Assembly (NCBI GenBank): GCA_963822965.1
Contig: CAWGJT010000010.1
Span: forward strand, 96,001 to 160,000
Length of the DNA: 64,000 nt
Direction: 5' to 3'
Source: an uncultured delta proteobacterium
Lineage (GTDB): Bacteria; Myxococcota_A; UBA9160; UBA4427
Part shown: positions 16,876 to 25,917 of the stretch, piece after piece
Position numbering within the stretch: the stretch's first letter is position 1
Layout: every line of letters starts with the position of its first letter
Made by a program: the position numbers and the translations under genes
Notes under the pieces: model-generated
Seen by the model: the letters and a program-made list of their open reading frames with translations, nothing else
Told to the model about the DNA's origin: nothing
The model's database searches: none

Positions 16876-17808
16876 TCAGTACCAGTCGACCCCGTCGATG
16901 GAGTTGAGGATCTTCTCCTTGCGGCCCACCACGACGAACAGGCCTTCACCGAAGGTCACGCCCTCGAGCCGGCGGGTCGTCCCCGAGTCGCGGCGGGTGT
17001 AGTCGATGCCGTCCGGCGAGGTGAGGATCACCCCGTGGCGGCCGACGACCACGTAGAGGCCGTTCGCGTAGGTGACGTCGTTCAGGTTGTGGGTGACCGG
17101 GGACGTCTCCTGGGTCCAGGTGATGGCGTCGGGAGAGGTCAGGATGGTGCCCAGGTCGCCGACGGCGACGTAGAGGCCGTCTCCCCAGGAGACGCCGCGC
17201 AGGGTGACCGTGGTGCCGGAGGTCTCCTGGGTCCAGACCTGGCCGTCGGGCGACGTGATGATCCTGCCGCCGGTTCCCACGGCGACGAAGATGCCATCAC
17301 CGTAGACCACCTCGTCGAGGTCTTCGTTCGTGCCGCTGTCTTCGGGGGCCCAGGCGCCGGCGTTGGTGGAGCTGAACGCGCGCCCGTCGTTGCCGACGAG
17401 CACGTAGACCCCGTTGCCGTAGGCGGCGCCCCGGATCGTGCGATTGGTGGAGAGGAGCTGCACGAACCAGACGGCCGAGTCCCTCGACGTGAAGACGACG
17501 CCCTGACCGCCCCCGGCGAACCAGATCCCGTCTCCGAACGCGACCGTCCGCAGGGGGCTGCAGCAGCTGTTCGTCTGGAGCCAGAACTGCGAGCCGTTGG
17601 CGGAGTTCGCCACCGAGTAGTCCTCGCCGACGGTGACGAAGGCGCCGTCCGCGTACTCCACCGCGTAGAGGTTGATCTTGTCGTCGTCGTAGTCGTCGTC
17701 GCAGCCGCCCGCGAGCTGGGACAGCCCGAAGGCCAGGACGCAGCAGAAGCCGAGAAGAGCCCCCCGGCCGGAGCGCTGCTCGACACCTTTCAGACTCGGA
17801 TTCACCAC
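16876..17808 (-). CDS. Putative lipoprotein with Asp-box/BNR (WD40/YVTN-like) beta-propeller repeats
   Basis: Hydrophobic signal with LAGGC lipobox; about 7 repeats of L..V.YG.G.FVAVG..G.I.TS.DG..W; GTG start inferred. Confidence 0.8.
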   Translation of the reverse strand: MVNPSLKGVEQRSGRGALLGFCCVLAFGLSQLAGGCDDDYDDDKINLYAVEYADGAFVTVGEDYSVANSANGSQFWLQTNSCCSPLRTVAFGDGIWFAGGGQGVVFTSRDSAVWFVQLLSTNRTIRGAAYGNGVYVLVGNDGRAFSSTNAGAWAPEDSGTNEDLDEVVYGDGIFVAVGTGGRIITSPDGQVWTQETSGTTVTLRGVSWGDGLYVAVGDLGTILTSPDAITWTQETSPVTHNLNDVTYANGLYVVVGRHGVILTSPDGIDYTRRDSGTTRRLEGVTFGEGLFVVVGRKEKILNSIDGVDWY

Positions 17809-17989
17809 GCTGTAGGAATACTCTGCCCGCGGCCGGACCGTCAAGCGGAGCGGGGCTCCGGTGCCCGATCGGCCATTCGACCGAGTGTCGAGGCGCCGCC
17901 TGCGGGGGAGCGCGCCTCGCCGGCTCCCGTGGGCCGGGCACGGCGGCGCGCCATCAATCCGCCGGCACGATCCGCCGATGGGCCTCTGC

Positions 17990-18364
17990 ATGGACTCCGC
18001 GATCGACCCTGCGATCCTCCTCATCGCCGGCGGCCTGGTGGGCCTGGGGCTCGTGTGGGTCCTCGTTCGCTGGAAGGGCGTCGGTCGCCGTCGCCAGGAC
18101 CTGGTGGTGGTGTTCGAGCTGCAGCTGCCTTCCAAGTGGGCGGCCGAGCTCACGGCGCAGACCCTCGCGAACGACGGCATCCAATCGCGGATCCTGCGCA
18201 AGGGCGGGGACTGGCGGTGCTACGTCACGAAGAGCCTGGGCAGCGACCGGAGCCAGGTGGACGCCACCTGCCGCAAGCTGAACCAGATCGCGGCGGCGCG
18301 CGGGGGCGGCTGCGCGGCCCACCGGGTGAAGCTGGGCGCACGCACCGCGGTGTTCGAGCACTAG
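17990..18364 (+). CDS. Small membrane-anchored hypothetical protein, possibly RraB-like fold
   Basis: N-terminal TM helix; soluble part F.L.LPS..AAE..A..L..DG....W.C.V......L..IAA..GG resembles RraB-type domains. Confidence 0.55.
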   Translation: MDSAIDPAILLIAGGLVGLGLVWVLVRWKGVGRRRQDLVVVFELQLPSKWAAELTAQTLANDGIQSRILRKGGDWRCYVTKSLGSDRSQVDATCRKLNQIAAARGGGCAAHRVKLGARTAVFEH

Positions 18365-18388
18365 GTCAGGAGCGCGACCCGGGTCCGG

Positions 18389-19648
18389 TCAGCTGGCGAG
18401 CTCCTTCCGCTCGCGGACCAGGGTCTTGATCCGCTCCAGCAGGCCGCTGGTGTCTCCCTTGATGGCCAGCTCGAGGCTCGCGTTGATCTCCTCGAGCTCG
18501 TCGGTCGTCTCGGCCAGGGTCTCGGCCATGCGGTCGAAGGATTCGCCGAGCACCGCGAACTCGTCGCGGCGGGCCGGCATTCCGACGCGCGCCGATCGTT
18601 CGCCGCGCGCGTAGGCCTCGACCGCCTCGAGCAGCCGCGCCAGCGAGTCGCGCACCTGCGCGCCGAGGGAGACGGCGAGGAACAGGGCGATGACCACCGC
18701 GAGAAGCACCGCGCCGGAGCTCGCGAGCCGCGCCGTCCGCTGGGCGTCGCGCACCGTGGCGGCGGCCTCCTCGAAGCGGGCCCGCGACGCTTCCACCGCG
18801 GTCAGGATGAGGGGGACGATGGTCTCCTGCTCGCGGGCCAGGGTGCCGCGAAGCCCGTCTCCCGAGGATCGGCCGATGCGATCGTCGAGCTCGAGCAGCC
18901 GCGACCAGGCCGTCTCGTAGTCGGCGATGCGGGTGCGAAGCTCGGCCGCCGTCTTCTCGTTCCCGGCCGCGAGCTTGCCCATCTCTTCCCGCAGGATCTC
19001 GAGGCGCTCGCCGACCAGGAACCGGGGGCGGTTGTCGAGGTCGCGCAGGTAGTCGCCCTGGTCGCGCACGAGCTCCAGCAGCTCGGCCCGCAGCGGCGCG
19101 CGCCGGCGCTCGGGGAGACCCGCGAGCAGGTCCTGGAGCTCGAAGCTCGTCCGGCGCATCGTGCCGAGCTGTCCGCTGTAGAGCGAGCCGCGCTCGCGAT
19201 ACAGCGAGACCAGCTCCTCGAAGGCCTTGCCGTAGCGCTCCGACGCCTGTCGGATGGCTTCGAGGCCGAGGTCCGAGCCGGCGCCCGCAGGCGCCGCGGG
19301 CTCTTCGAGAGAGCGCTCGAGCCGGCCGAGGAGCCGGTCGAGCTCGGCCCAGCTGGCCCGATGCCGCTCGAGCGCCGGCGAGTCGCCCGTCTGGAAGAAG
19401 GTCGGCGTGCGCAGATCCTCGAGCAGGAACTCCTGTCCGGCGGTCCGAGCGGCCGCGAGCTGGATCTGGACCTCCCGGAAGCCGTCGAGGGTCGAGAGGG
19501 CCTCCTGGGAGCGATCGAGCGCCGAGGCCACCCGGTGCTCGGTGCCCAGGATCGCCAGAAGCCCCAGCAGCGTGGTGGCCACGAGGATGGCCAGGCCGAG
19601 CCGAAGCCGGGACACGAAGGAATGGCGCAAACTCTGCAACATGGACAT
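18389..19648 (-). CDS. Two-TM sensor protein with large helical periplasmic domain and HAMP, no output domain
   Basis: TM1 (LGLAILVATTLLGLLAIL), about 280-aa helical region, TM2, HAMP (AYARGE..ARV...RRDEF..L..SFDRMA), short coiled-coil end. Confidence 0.8.
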   Translation of the reverse strand: MSMLQSLRHSFVSRLRLGLAILVATTLLGLLAILGTEHRVASALDRSQEALSTLDGFREVQIQLAAARTAGQEFLLEDLRTPTFFQTGDSPALERHRASWAELDRLLGRLERSLEEPAAPAGAGSDLGLEAIRQASERYGKAFEELVSLYRERGSLYSGQLGTMRRTSFELQDLLAGLPERRRAPLRAELLELVRDQGDYLRDLDNRPRFLVGERLEILREEMGKLAAGNEKTAAELRTRIADYETAWSRLLELDDRIGRSSGDGLRGTLAREQETIVPLILTAVEASRARFEEAAATVRDAQRTARLASSGAVLLAVVIALFLAVSLGAQVRDSLARLLEAVEAYARGERSARVGMPARRDEFAVLGESFDRMAETLAETTDELEEINASLELAIKGDTSGLLERIKTLVRERKELAS

Positions 19649-20121
19649 CCGCACCCTCTGAGCAGCTACTGCGGGTAGACCGCGATCCGCGGAATTTCGT
19701 CGGCCCGGGGCTCGACCCTCCTGGCCCGGCTCGTCGGGCCGGATCCCGTGGACCGCCTCGCCCGCGCGTCGTCGTGCATCGGGCGAACCGGGGCTTGCCT
19801 TGACCCCCGTCGAGGGGCCTTGGGTACGTCGAGCCGCACGTCTCGAGATGCTGGAATGGGTACTGCCGACCGTCGATCGGGGGTGGGAACCCACGATCGA
19901 CGACGCGGCGGGGTGGATTGCATGCGCTCCGTCCCGGGCTCCGGACCCGGCTCGCGTGCCGTCGTGATTACTGTCACCAGGTCTCCGTTCGTCTCGCCGA
20001 CAAGATGCCCAGGGGCGCGTGTCACAGGGAGTGCGCGTCCATTCCAAACGACGACCAGGGCGACGAGCCGAGTTCGCGCAGGCGACTGGACGAATCGGAC
20101 GGGCGACCGAAGGAGGGCAGG

Positions 20122-20721
20122 ATGGCGCTCAAGGACTTCATGGCGAGGGGCGAGCGAGGGATCGAGACGACGACGGCGAACGCGAGTGCACCGAAGGTGG
20201 AGCCCCCCCGGCCCACGCTGGCCGCCTCGCCTGCGCCGCGCACGGTGGCGCCTTCGACCAGTGTGGATGCGTCGACGGAGCTCGAGGGCCGGCTGCGGTG
20301 CAAGGAGACCCTGCGCATCGACGGACAGATCAGGGGTGAGATCGAGTGCGACAAGACGGTCCTGGTGGGCGAGGGGGCCCGGGTTCTCGCCAGCATCACG
20401 GCCGACGAGGTGCAGATCTCGGGCATCGTCGAGGGCGACATCATCGCTCGGCGCAAGATCACCCTGGCGCGCACGGCCGCGGTGAAGGGCGACCTCACCA
20501 CGCCCGGCATCGTGATCGAAGAGGGCGCGAAGCTGCAGGGCCGGATCGTGATCGGCTCGGACGCAGAGCCCGTGACGGCCGCGAAGACGGATCCGAAGAT
20601 GGACGCCGCAAAGAGCGACGACAAGATGGACGAGAAGAAGTCCTCGCCCTCCCGGAAGCCGACGACGTCGGTTCCGAAGAGCGAGTCGCCGTCCTCCCAG
20701 CCGGTGGCCGCTTCCGCCTAG
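20122..20721 (+). CDS. Bactofilin (polymer-forming cytoskeletal protein, CcmA family)
   Basis: AAGGAGG RBS; LRIDGQIRGEI..VLVGEGARV..I.ADEV.ISG.VEGDI..GDL..GIVIEEGAKLQG. Confidence 0.93.
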   Translation: MALKDFMARGERGIETTTANASAPKVEPPRPTLAASPAPRTVAPSTSVDASTELEGRLRCKETLRIDGQIRGEIECDKTVLVGEGARVLASITADEVQISGIVEGDIIARRKITLARTAAVKGDLTTPGIVIEEGAKLQGRIVIGSDAEPVTAAKTDPKMDAAKSDDKMDEKKSSPSRKPTTSVPKSESPSSQPVAASA

Positions 20722-20773
20722 CAGGCCGACCCAGGAGCGCGCCCAAGACTTCGTCTTGGGTCGTGCTCCTGGG
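20718..20773. repeat. REP-like hairpin element (copy A)
   Basis: ctagcaggccgacccagga is identical to 31825-31843; nested stem cccaggagc..cccaagac-ttc-gtcttggg..gctcctggg. Confidence 0.7.
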
Positions 20774-20791
20774 AGGGCGAGCTCCGAAACC

Positions 20792-21037
20792 CTACCGCTG
20801 CTCTTCCCGCGCCCCGCGCGCAAGCAGGTAGGCGCCCGCGCCGAGGGCAATCGCGATACCGGGTGCGGGCCATCGGATCGCGATCCACGCCGCGGCCATG
20901 ACTGCCAGCGCGACGCATGCGCCGACCAGTCGGGCCGCGGTCTCTCGACGGCTTGCGAAGGGAGCCCGTTGGGCTCCCTTCGCGGCGGAGCCGCGACCCA
21001 GGACTTCGTCTCGGGTCGCTCTCCTGGCGCGCTCCAC
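20792..21037 (-). CDS. Possible small membrane protein
   Basis: Two hydrophobic segments (LVGACVALAVMAAAWIAI, GIAIALGAGAYLL); start uncertain; overlaps a REP-like hairpin. Confidence 0.35.
   Translation of the reverse strand: MERARRATRDEVLGRGSAAKGAQRAPFASRRETAARLVGACVALAVMAAAWIAIRWPAPGIAIALGAGAYLLARGAREEQR
20955..21019. repeat. REP-like hairpin element (copy B)
   Basis: Perfect 13-bp stem gcgaagggagccc-gtt-gggctcccttcgc; its reverse complement matches 31901-31936; adjacent gcgacccaggac-ttc-gtctcgggtcgc resembles copy A. Confidence 0.75.
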
Positions 21038-21051
21038 GTCGAGAGGCTCGT

Positions 21052-21378
21052 TCAGACGGTGTCGTCGTCGTTCGGTGGGCCCTCGTTCGAGGGATCGTCC
21101 GCCGGGTGATGCCGCTGGTAGAGCTCGAGGTACTCCGCCATGGACGTCACGCCGTCCGCGTTGGCGTCCGTCTCCTCGAAGGAGACCCCGTATCGCTCCA
21201 GCCCGGCCTCCACGTACTCGTCCCGGCTGAGGGCGCCGTCCCGGTCCTGGTCGGCCATGTCGAAGATGTGCTGGACGACGGAATCTCCCCCGCAGTGCCC
21301 CCCTCCGGCCGTGGCGACCAGGGGAACGGCGGCGCTCGCGGCGACGGCACCTGCGGCGACGAAGAGATGGAGACGCAT
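21052..21378 (-). CDS. Small secreted EF-hand protein
   Basis: Signal peptide; DQDRDGALSRDE and DANADGVTSMAE loops. Confidence 0.8.
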   Translation of the reverse strand: MRLHLFVAAGAVAASAAVPLVATAGGGHCGGDSVVQHIFDMADQDRDGALSRDEYVEAGLERYGVSFEETDANADGVTSMAEYLELYQRHHPADDPSNEGPPNDDDTV

Positions 21379-21540
21379 GGCTTGGGTCCTCGCTCCGGGC
21401 GGTGTGTGTTGGAGGTCGAGTCTTCACGATCGGTTCGAATCGAGCCCTCCGAATGGACAGAGGAATAGCCGATGCCCGGGGGACTCCAAGCCGAGGCCGT
21501 CCTTCGCGGCGACCGGGGAGACTCCGGTACGCTGGTCGCG

Positions 21541-22332
21541 ATGCACAGGATCGCACCCCTCCTCGCCACGCTCGTCGTCGCGGCCGGGGCGGCTGCCGAT
21601 CCGCCGTCCGCGACCCCGCTCTCCGCGGACCGCCCGGGGGTCGCCAACCCGCCAGACGTCGTCGCGACCGGCGGGGTCCAGCTCGAGGGCGGGCTCTCGT
21701 TCCAGCGCGAGACGCAGGGGCGGCCGAACGTGAACACCGTCACGGTGCCCCAGGGCCTGCTGCGGGTGGGTCTGCCGTACTCCCTCGAGCTTCGCGTCTC
21801 GGCGGGCGGCTACGTGCTCGACGAGCGCAGCGGCGGACACGACCGCTCGAGCGGTAGCGATCTCGTGGTCGGAGGCCGCGCGGCCCTGCTCGACCAACGG
21901 GGTCTGCGCCCCGCGACCGCCTTCGAGCTCGACCTGAGCCTTCCGACCGGCAGCCGGGCGGTGACCAGCGACGGTGTCGACCCGAGCGGGCTCCTGCTGC
22001 TGGAGTGGGCGCTAGGCGATCGCTTGGTGCTCGACGGCAATCTCGGGCTCGCGTCGGTGAGTCAGGGCGTGCACGACTCGGGCCGTGCCTTCCAGGTGGC
22101 GCCAGCCCTCTCCCTGGGCGCTTCCCTCGGCGCGCGCGCCAACGTCTTCGTCGAGTACTACGCCACCCTCAGCGATGATGGCGTGGCCGACCAGCACGCC
22201 ATCGACGGCGGTGTCAGCTGGCAGGTCGGCGACGATCTGCAGCTCGACGTCTCGGCGAGCGCCGGCCTGAACGAGGCGGCACCCGACTTCTCCGTCTCCG
22301 CGGGGGCGGCCTGGCGCTTCTTCCTGCCCTGA
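21541..22332 (+). CDS. Outer-membrane beta-barrel, MetA-pathway/CoxB-like transporter family
   Basis: Signal peptide, DRPG..P.VV..G.VQLE, LRVGL..LELR, SLPTG, QLDVS.S.GL...PD, C-terminal aromatic strand. Confidence 0.8.
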   Translation: MHRIAPLLATLVVAAGAAADPPSATPLSADRPGVANPPDVVATGGVQLEGGLSFQRETQGRPNVNTVTVPQGLLRVGLPYSLELRVSAGGYVLDERSGGHDRSSGSDLVVGGRAALLDQRGLRPATAFELDLSLPTGSRAVTSDGVDPSGLLLLEWALGDRLVLDGNLGLASVSQGVHDSGRAFQVAPALSLGASLGARANVFVEYYATLSDDGVADQHAIDGGVSWQVGDDLQLDVSASAGLNEAAPDFSVSAGAAWRFFLP

Positions 22333-22440
22333 GCGGCCGGAAGCGCGACGTGACGCGATCCGACCCAGCTTCCCGGGCACGGAGGGGCGGTCGGACCCAC
22401 GAGCCGCCCGCATCCAGCGCATGCCCGCACACGAGAGCGT

Positions 22441-22456
22441 TGGTCCCGAATTTGCT
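22441..22456 (+). promoter_or_regulatory. Putative sigma-54 promoter upstream of a PEP-CTERM gene
   Basis: TGGTCC-CGAAT-TTGCT: GG-N10-GC with a consensus TTGC box. Confidence 0.5.
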
Positions 22457-22519
22457 TTCCATTCAGCCAGAGGAACGAGCAGAGTGCAGGCGCCAGGCGC
22501 CAGGCGCCGGGGAGCTGGG

Positions 22520-23383
22520 ATGTCACGGGGCACACAGGAGAGGCAGGGGAAGCGAGGGACGCGAGAGGGGAGGCGGGGTACACGAGAGGCAGGCGGGTCG
22601 GTCCGGATTGCAGGTCGGGTGCTTGCCGCCTCGTGCGTGGTGGCTCTGGGCCTCGCTGCGGCGGCTCCCGCGTACGCCAAGCTCTTCGACTACACGGCCA
22701 GCCTCGAGCTGGGCATCGGCTCGATCACGCCCTTCACCATCGAGGCGAACGGGCAGATCGACGTGAGCCCGGACGGGAGCTTCACGTTCCCGGCCGGGAT
22801 CCTGACGACGACGCGCACGCTGGTCCCGCCGCAGACGACCTCCGAGGCGATCGCGAGCGTCGAGTTCCAGATGACCAACGGGGAGGGCACCTTCGGCGGG
22901 CCCGCCACGCCCGGCGGCACCATGAGCCTGAACGGCCAGGCCGTGCTGCACCTGCAGCCGTTCCTGGGCTTCCCGGCGCTCAGCCTCGGCATCTCGCCGC
23001 TGGGCGTGGGCGGAACGGCCACGGTCACGGGCTCGAACGGCTCCACCTCGCTGACCGCCACGCTCACCGGGGCGCCGTGGCAGACCGGAGTCTTCCAGCA
23101 GACGGGGTTCAGCTCGTCCGGAACGTTCTCCCAGCGGACGAACACCGGCGCGGACCTGCGGACGTCTGGCGGCGAGGGGATGGTGACCCTGGTCGTGCCG
23201 GCCTACATCACCACGCGCCGGGAGGGAGTCTTCTCCGACATCAGCCCCATCACGGGCGTGCTCAGCATCACGTTCACCCCCGAGCCAGCGCCGCTGCTGG
23301 CCCACGGCGCGATGCTCGTGGTCGTGGGGATCCTCTACCAGCGGCGCGTCCGTCGGCGACGCGCGGAGGCGGGCTCGGCCTGA
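22520..23383 (+). CDS. Secreted protein with PEP-CTERM-type sorting tail
   Basis: Signal peptide (..VALGLAAAAPAYA), Gly/Thr-rich beta domain, FTPEPAP + TM + RRVRRRR; exact start uncertain. Confidence 0.8.
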   Translation: MSRGTQERQGKRGTREGRRGTREAGGSVRIAGRVLAASCVVALGLAAAAPAYAKLFDYTASLELGIGSITPFTIEANGQIDVSPDGSFTFPAGILTTTRTLVPPQTTSEAIASVEFQMTNGEGTFGGPATPGGTMSLNGQAVLHLQPFLGFPALSLGISPLGVGGTATVTGSNGSTSLTATLTGAPWQTGVFQQTGFSSSGTFSQRTNTGADLRTSGGEGMVTLVVPAYITTRREGVFSDISPITGVLSITFTPEPAPLLAHGAMLVVVGILYQRRVRRRRAEAGSA

Positions 23384-23482
23384 ACGAGCCCAGAAGGGGC
23401 AGCCCTTCACCCCCGCGGCCGAACGGCCGATGCGACGGCAAGCGGCCGGGATCGGCCGCGAGCAGCCCGGGGGAGGAGCGCG

Positions 23483-24757
23483 TTGGCCCACGAACGCAGG
23501 CGTCCCGATCGCGCGTCCCGCGGTGCTTCGCGGGCTGCGAGCGCGGATACCCAGGTGCTGACGCGGGGCTTCGACCCGCGGCTGTCGGTGGGCTCGGCGC
23601 GTCCCGCGGTCTTCCGCTCGTCCACCTATGTCTTCTCGTGCCCCGAGGCGGCGGAGCGCGCCTTTGCGGTCGCGCTCGGGAAGGACTCCCCGGCCGCGGG
23701 GGAGGACACCGAGCTCATCTACTCGCGCCTCTCCCATCCCAACGCCCAGATCCTCGAGGACCAGATCGTGCCGCTCGAGCCCGGTGCCAGCGGCGCCGTG
23801 GTCTTCAACTCCGGCATGGCCGCGATCTCGACGTTGTTCCTGACGCTGTGCCGGCCCAGCGCGTCGATCGTCTTCACGGTTCCCCTCTACGGCGGTACAC
23901 ATCACCTGCTGCACGAGCTGCTCGAGCCCTACGGGGTCGTACCCGTGCCGGTTCCAGCGGGCGATTCGGCGGCCCTCGCCCGGGCCATCGCGGACGCACC
24001 CGACCTGGCGCTGGTCTTCATCGAGACGCCCGCCAACCCGACCCTGCGCATGACCGACATCGTCGCGGCCGTGGAGGCGGCCGATCGCCGGGAGCCGCGA
24101 CCGGTGGTGGCGGTGGACAACACGTTCATGGGACCGGTCTTCCAGCACCCACTCGCGCTCGGGGCCGACCTGTGTCTCTACTCGGCGACCAAGTACCTGG
24201 CGGGCTTCAGCGACATGCTGGGGGGCGTCGCCATCGGGGCGGACCCGGAGCTGATCGCGCGGCTCTCGGGAACGCGCGCGATCCTGGGCAACATCCTGCA
24301 GCCCGACGAGTGCTGGCTGCTCGACAGCCGGCTCGCGACCGTCTCGCTGCGCATGAGCCGGCAGTCGAAGAACGCGAGCAGCATCGTCGCCGAGCTGGAG
24401 AAGCACGAGATGGTCGCGCGCATCCACTACCCGGCGTCGTTCTCCGATCCCGAGCAGCGTCGCATCCACGCCGCGCAGTGCGAAGGCCCCGGCGGCATCT
24501 TCGCGCTCGAGCTCGCGGGCGGAAGGAGCACTGCGTTCGAGTTCCTGCGCCGGCTCTCCATCACCCGCAACGCCGTGAGCCTGGGCGGCGTGGAGTCGCT
24601 GGCCTGCCATCCGGCGACGACGACCCACTCGGAGATGACCCGACGGGAGCTCGCGGCGGCCGGCATCGTGCCGGGGCTCGTCCGCATCTCGGTGGGGATC
24701 GAAGACTGGCACGACCTGCTCGACGAGTATCTCGACGCGCTGGACGCCCTGGCGTAG
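23483..24757 (+). CDS. PLP-dependent Cys/Met metabolism enzyme (cystathionine gamma-synthase / methionine gamma-lyase family)
   Basis: GGAGGAG RBS; YSRL.HPN, SGMAAI, YGGT, ETPANP, VDNTF, SATKY (PLP lysine), VSLGG.ESL. Confidence 0.93.
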   Translation: MAHERRRPDRASRGASRAASADTQVLTRGFDPRLSVGSARPAVFRSSTYVFSCPEAAERAFAVALGKDSPAAGEDTELIYSRLSHPNAQILEDQIVPLEPGASGAVVFNSGMAAISTLFLTLCRPSASIVFTVPLYGGTHHLLHELLEPYGVVPVPVPAGDSAALARAIADAPDLALVFIETPANPTLRMTDIVAAVEAADRREPRPVVAVDNTFMGPVFQHPLALGADLCLYSATKYLAGFSDMLGGVAIGADPELIARLSGTRAILGNILQPDECWLLDSRLATVSLRMSRQSKNASSIVAELEKHEMVARIHYPASFSDPEQRRIHAAQCEGPGGIFALELAGGRSTAFEFLRRLSITRNAVSLGGVESLACHPATTTHSEMTRRELAAAGIVPGLVRISVGIEDWHDLLDEYLDALDALA

Positions 24758-24910
24758 GAGCGACCCGGATCCGAACGAGGACTCGTCAGGGGCGGGAAGC
24801 CGGCTCTTCCGTCGCGGCCGGCGGGGCGGGCCGGTTCGCTTCCAGCTTCCGGACCTCGCGGTCGAGCGAGCTCGCGTCGAGCGCGGCTCCGAACCTGCGA
24901 CCAATCGGAT

Positions 24911-25678
24911 CTACCGCGTCTCCCTGGCGCAGGTCTCTCCGCGCTGCCGGTAGCCGGCGTCGCAGCTCCAGTCGTTTCCCGAGTAGGCGAGGTGGGCCTT
25001 GGCGGGCACCTGGAGGGTCTGACACGCTCCGTTCCGCTTCTGGAAGCCACGTTCGCAGGACCAGTTGCTTCCCGATGCCTCGAGGAAGCCGTTCGCGGGC
25101 ACCTCGACCGCGACGCACGACCGGTCACGCCGGTGGTAGCCGCGGTTGCATTCCCAATCGTTGCCCGAACGTGCGAGGAATGCTTCCCGCGGAAGCTCGA
25201 GGCGCGCGCACGAGTCGCCACTCACGCGGAAGCCGCGTTCGCATTCCCAGCGGTCGCCGGACGAGGTGAGGTAGGCATTCTCGGGCACCGCAATGGTCTT
25301 ACACGACTGGCCGATCTTTCGATAGCCTCGATCGCACGACCATCCGCTTCCACTGGGGCCCAGGAAGGCGTGGGGAGGCACCGCAACCCTGGCGCACGTC
25401 TCATCGGTCTTCCGGTAGCCGCGGTTGCATTCCCAACCGGACCCGAACGAGTCCAGATGAGCGTTCGGTGGGGCCACTACGGCCCGGCAGGACGGGCCGG
25501 CTCTCTTGTAGCCCTGATCGCATTCCCAGTCGTTGCCCCAGCTTCTCGGGTGGGAGTTCTGAGGCACGGCCTCCGAAGACTCGTCCCGAGCCGCTGCAAC
25601 GCCCGGCCAGGAGGCCAGGGTCAACGACAGGATCAGCAACGAAAGGGAGCAGGTCCGGCGTAGCAGGGTGGCGTTCAT
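24911..25678 (-). CDS. Secreted Cys-rich repeat protein (7x W-x-C-x-x-G-[YF]-x5/6-C)
   Basis: Signal peptide then seven ~28-29-aa repeats, e.g. WECNRGYRKTDETCARVAVPPHAFLGPSGSG. Confidence 0.85.
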   Translation of the reverse strand: MNATLLRRTCSLSLLILSLTLASWPGVAAARDESSEAVPQNSHPRSWGNDWECDQGYKRAGPSCRAVVAPPNAHLDSFGSGWECNRGYRKTDETCARVAVPPHAFLGPSGSGWSCDRGYRKIGQSCKTIAVPENAYLTSSGDRWECERGFRVSGDSCARLELPREAFLARSGNDWECNRGYHRRDRSCVAVEVPANGFLEASGSNWSCERGFQKRNGACQTLQVPAKAHLAYSGNDWSCDAGYRQRGETCARETR

Positions 25679-25766
25679 GGCTGGGGTTCTCCGTCTCTCT
25701 TGCACTTCGATGCTCGCGCCGCGGTCCGACGACGTCGACGAGCAAGGTTCTCGCGGGCGCGTCGGC

Positions 25767-25916
25767 TCAGGGGCGCGAACGGGCTTCTGCTTCACGCTGT
25801 CCCTCCCGCACCTCGGCCCAGAAGCGTGCGCGGTTCGTCACCGCGCGCTGCTCCACGGGAGCCATCAGGAGCCACCGCCGGTAGCGTGCCAGTTGCTGGC
25901 GCAGATGCTTCCACAT
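25767..25916 (-). CDS. Possible 49-aa small protein
   Basis: ATG lies 1 nt after the stop of the GIY-YIG gene; MWKHLRQQLARYRRWLLMAPVEQ...EAEARSRP is amphipathic. Confidence 0.4.
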   Translation of the reverse strand: MWKHLRQQLARYRRWLLMAPVEQRAVTNRARFWAEVREGQREAEARSRP

Positions 25917-25917
25917 G

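Noticed and set aside
19963..19978. CRP/FNR-like site CGTGA-N6-TCACC, and a weak sigma-54-like motif at 19852-19866
   Set aside because: Single imperfect matches, not distinguishable from chance without a genome-wide model.
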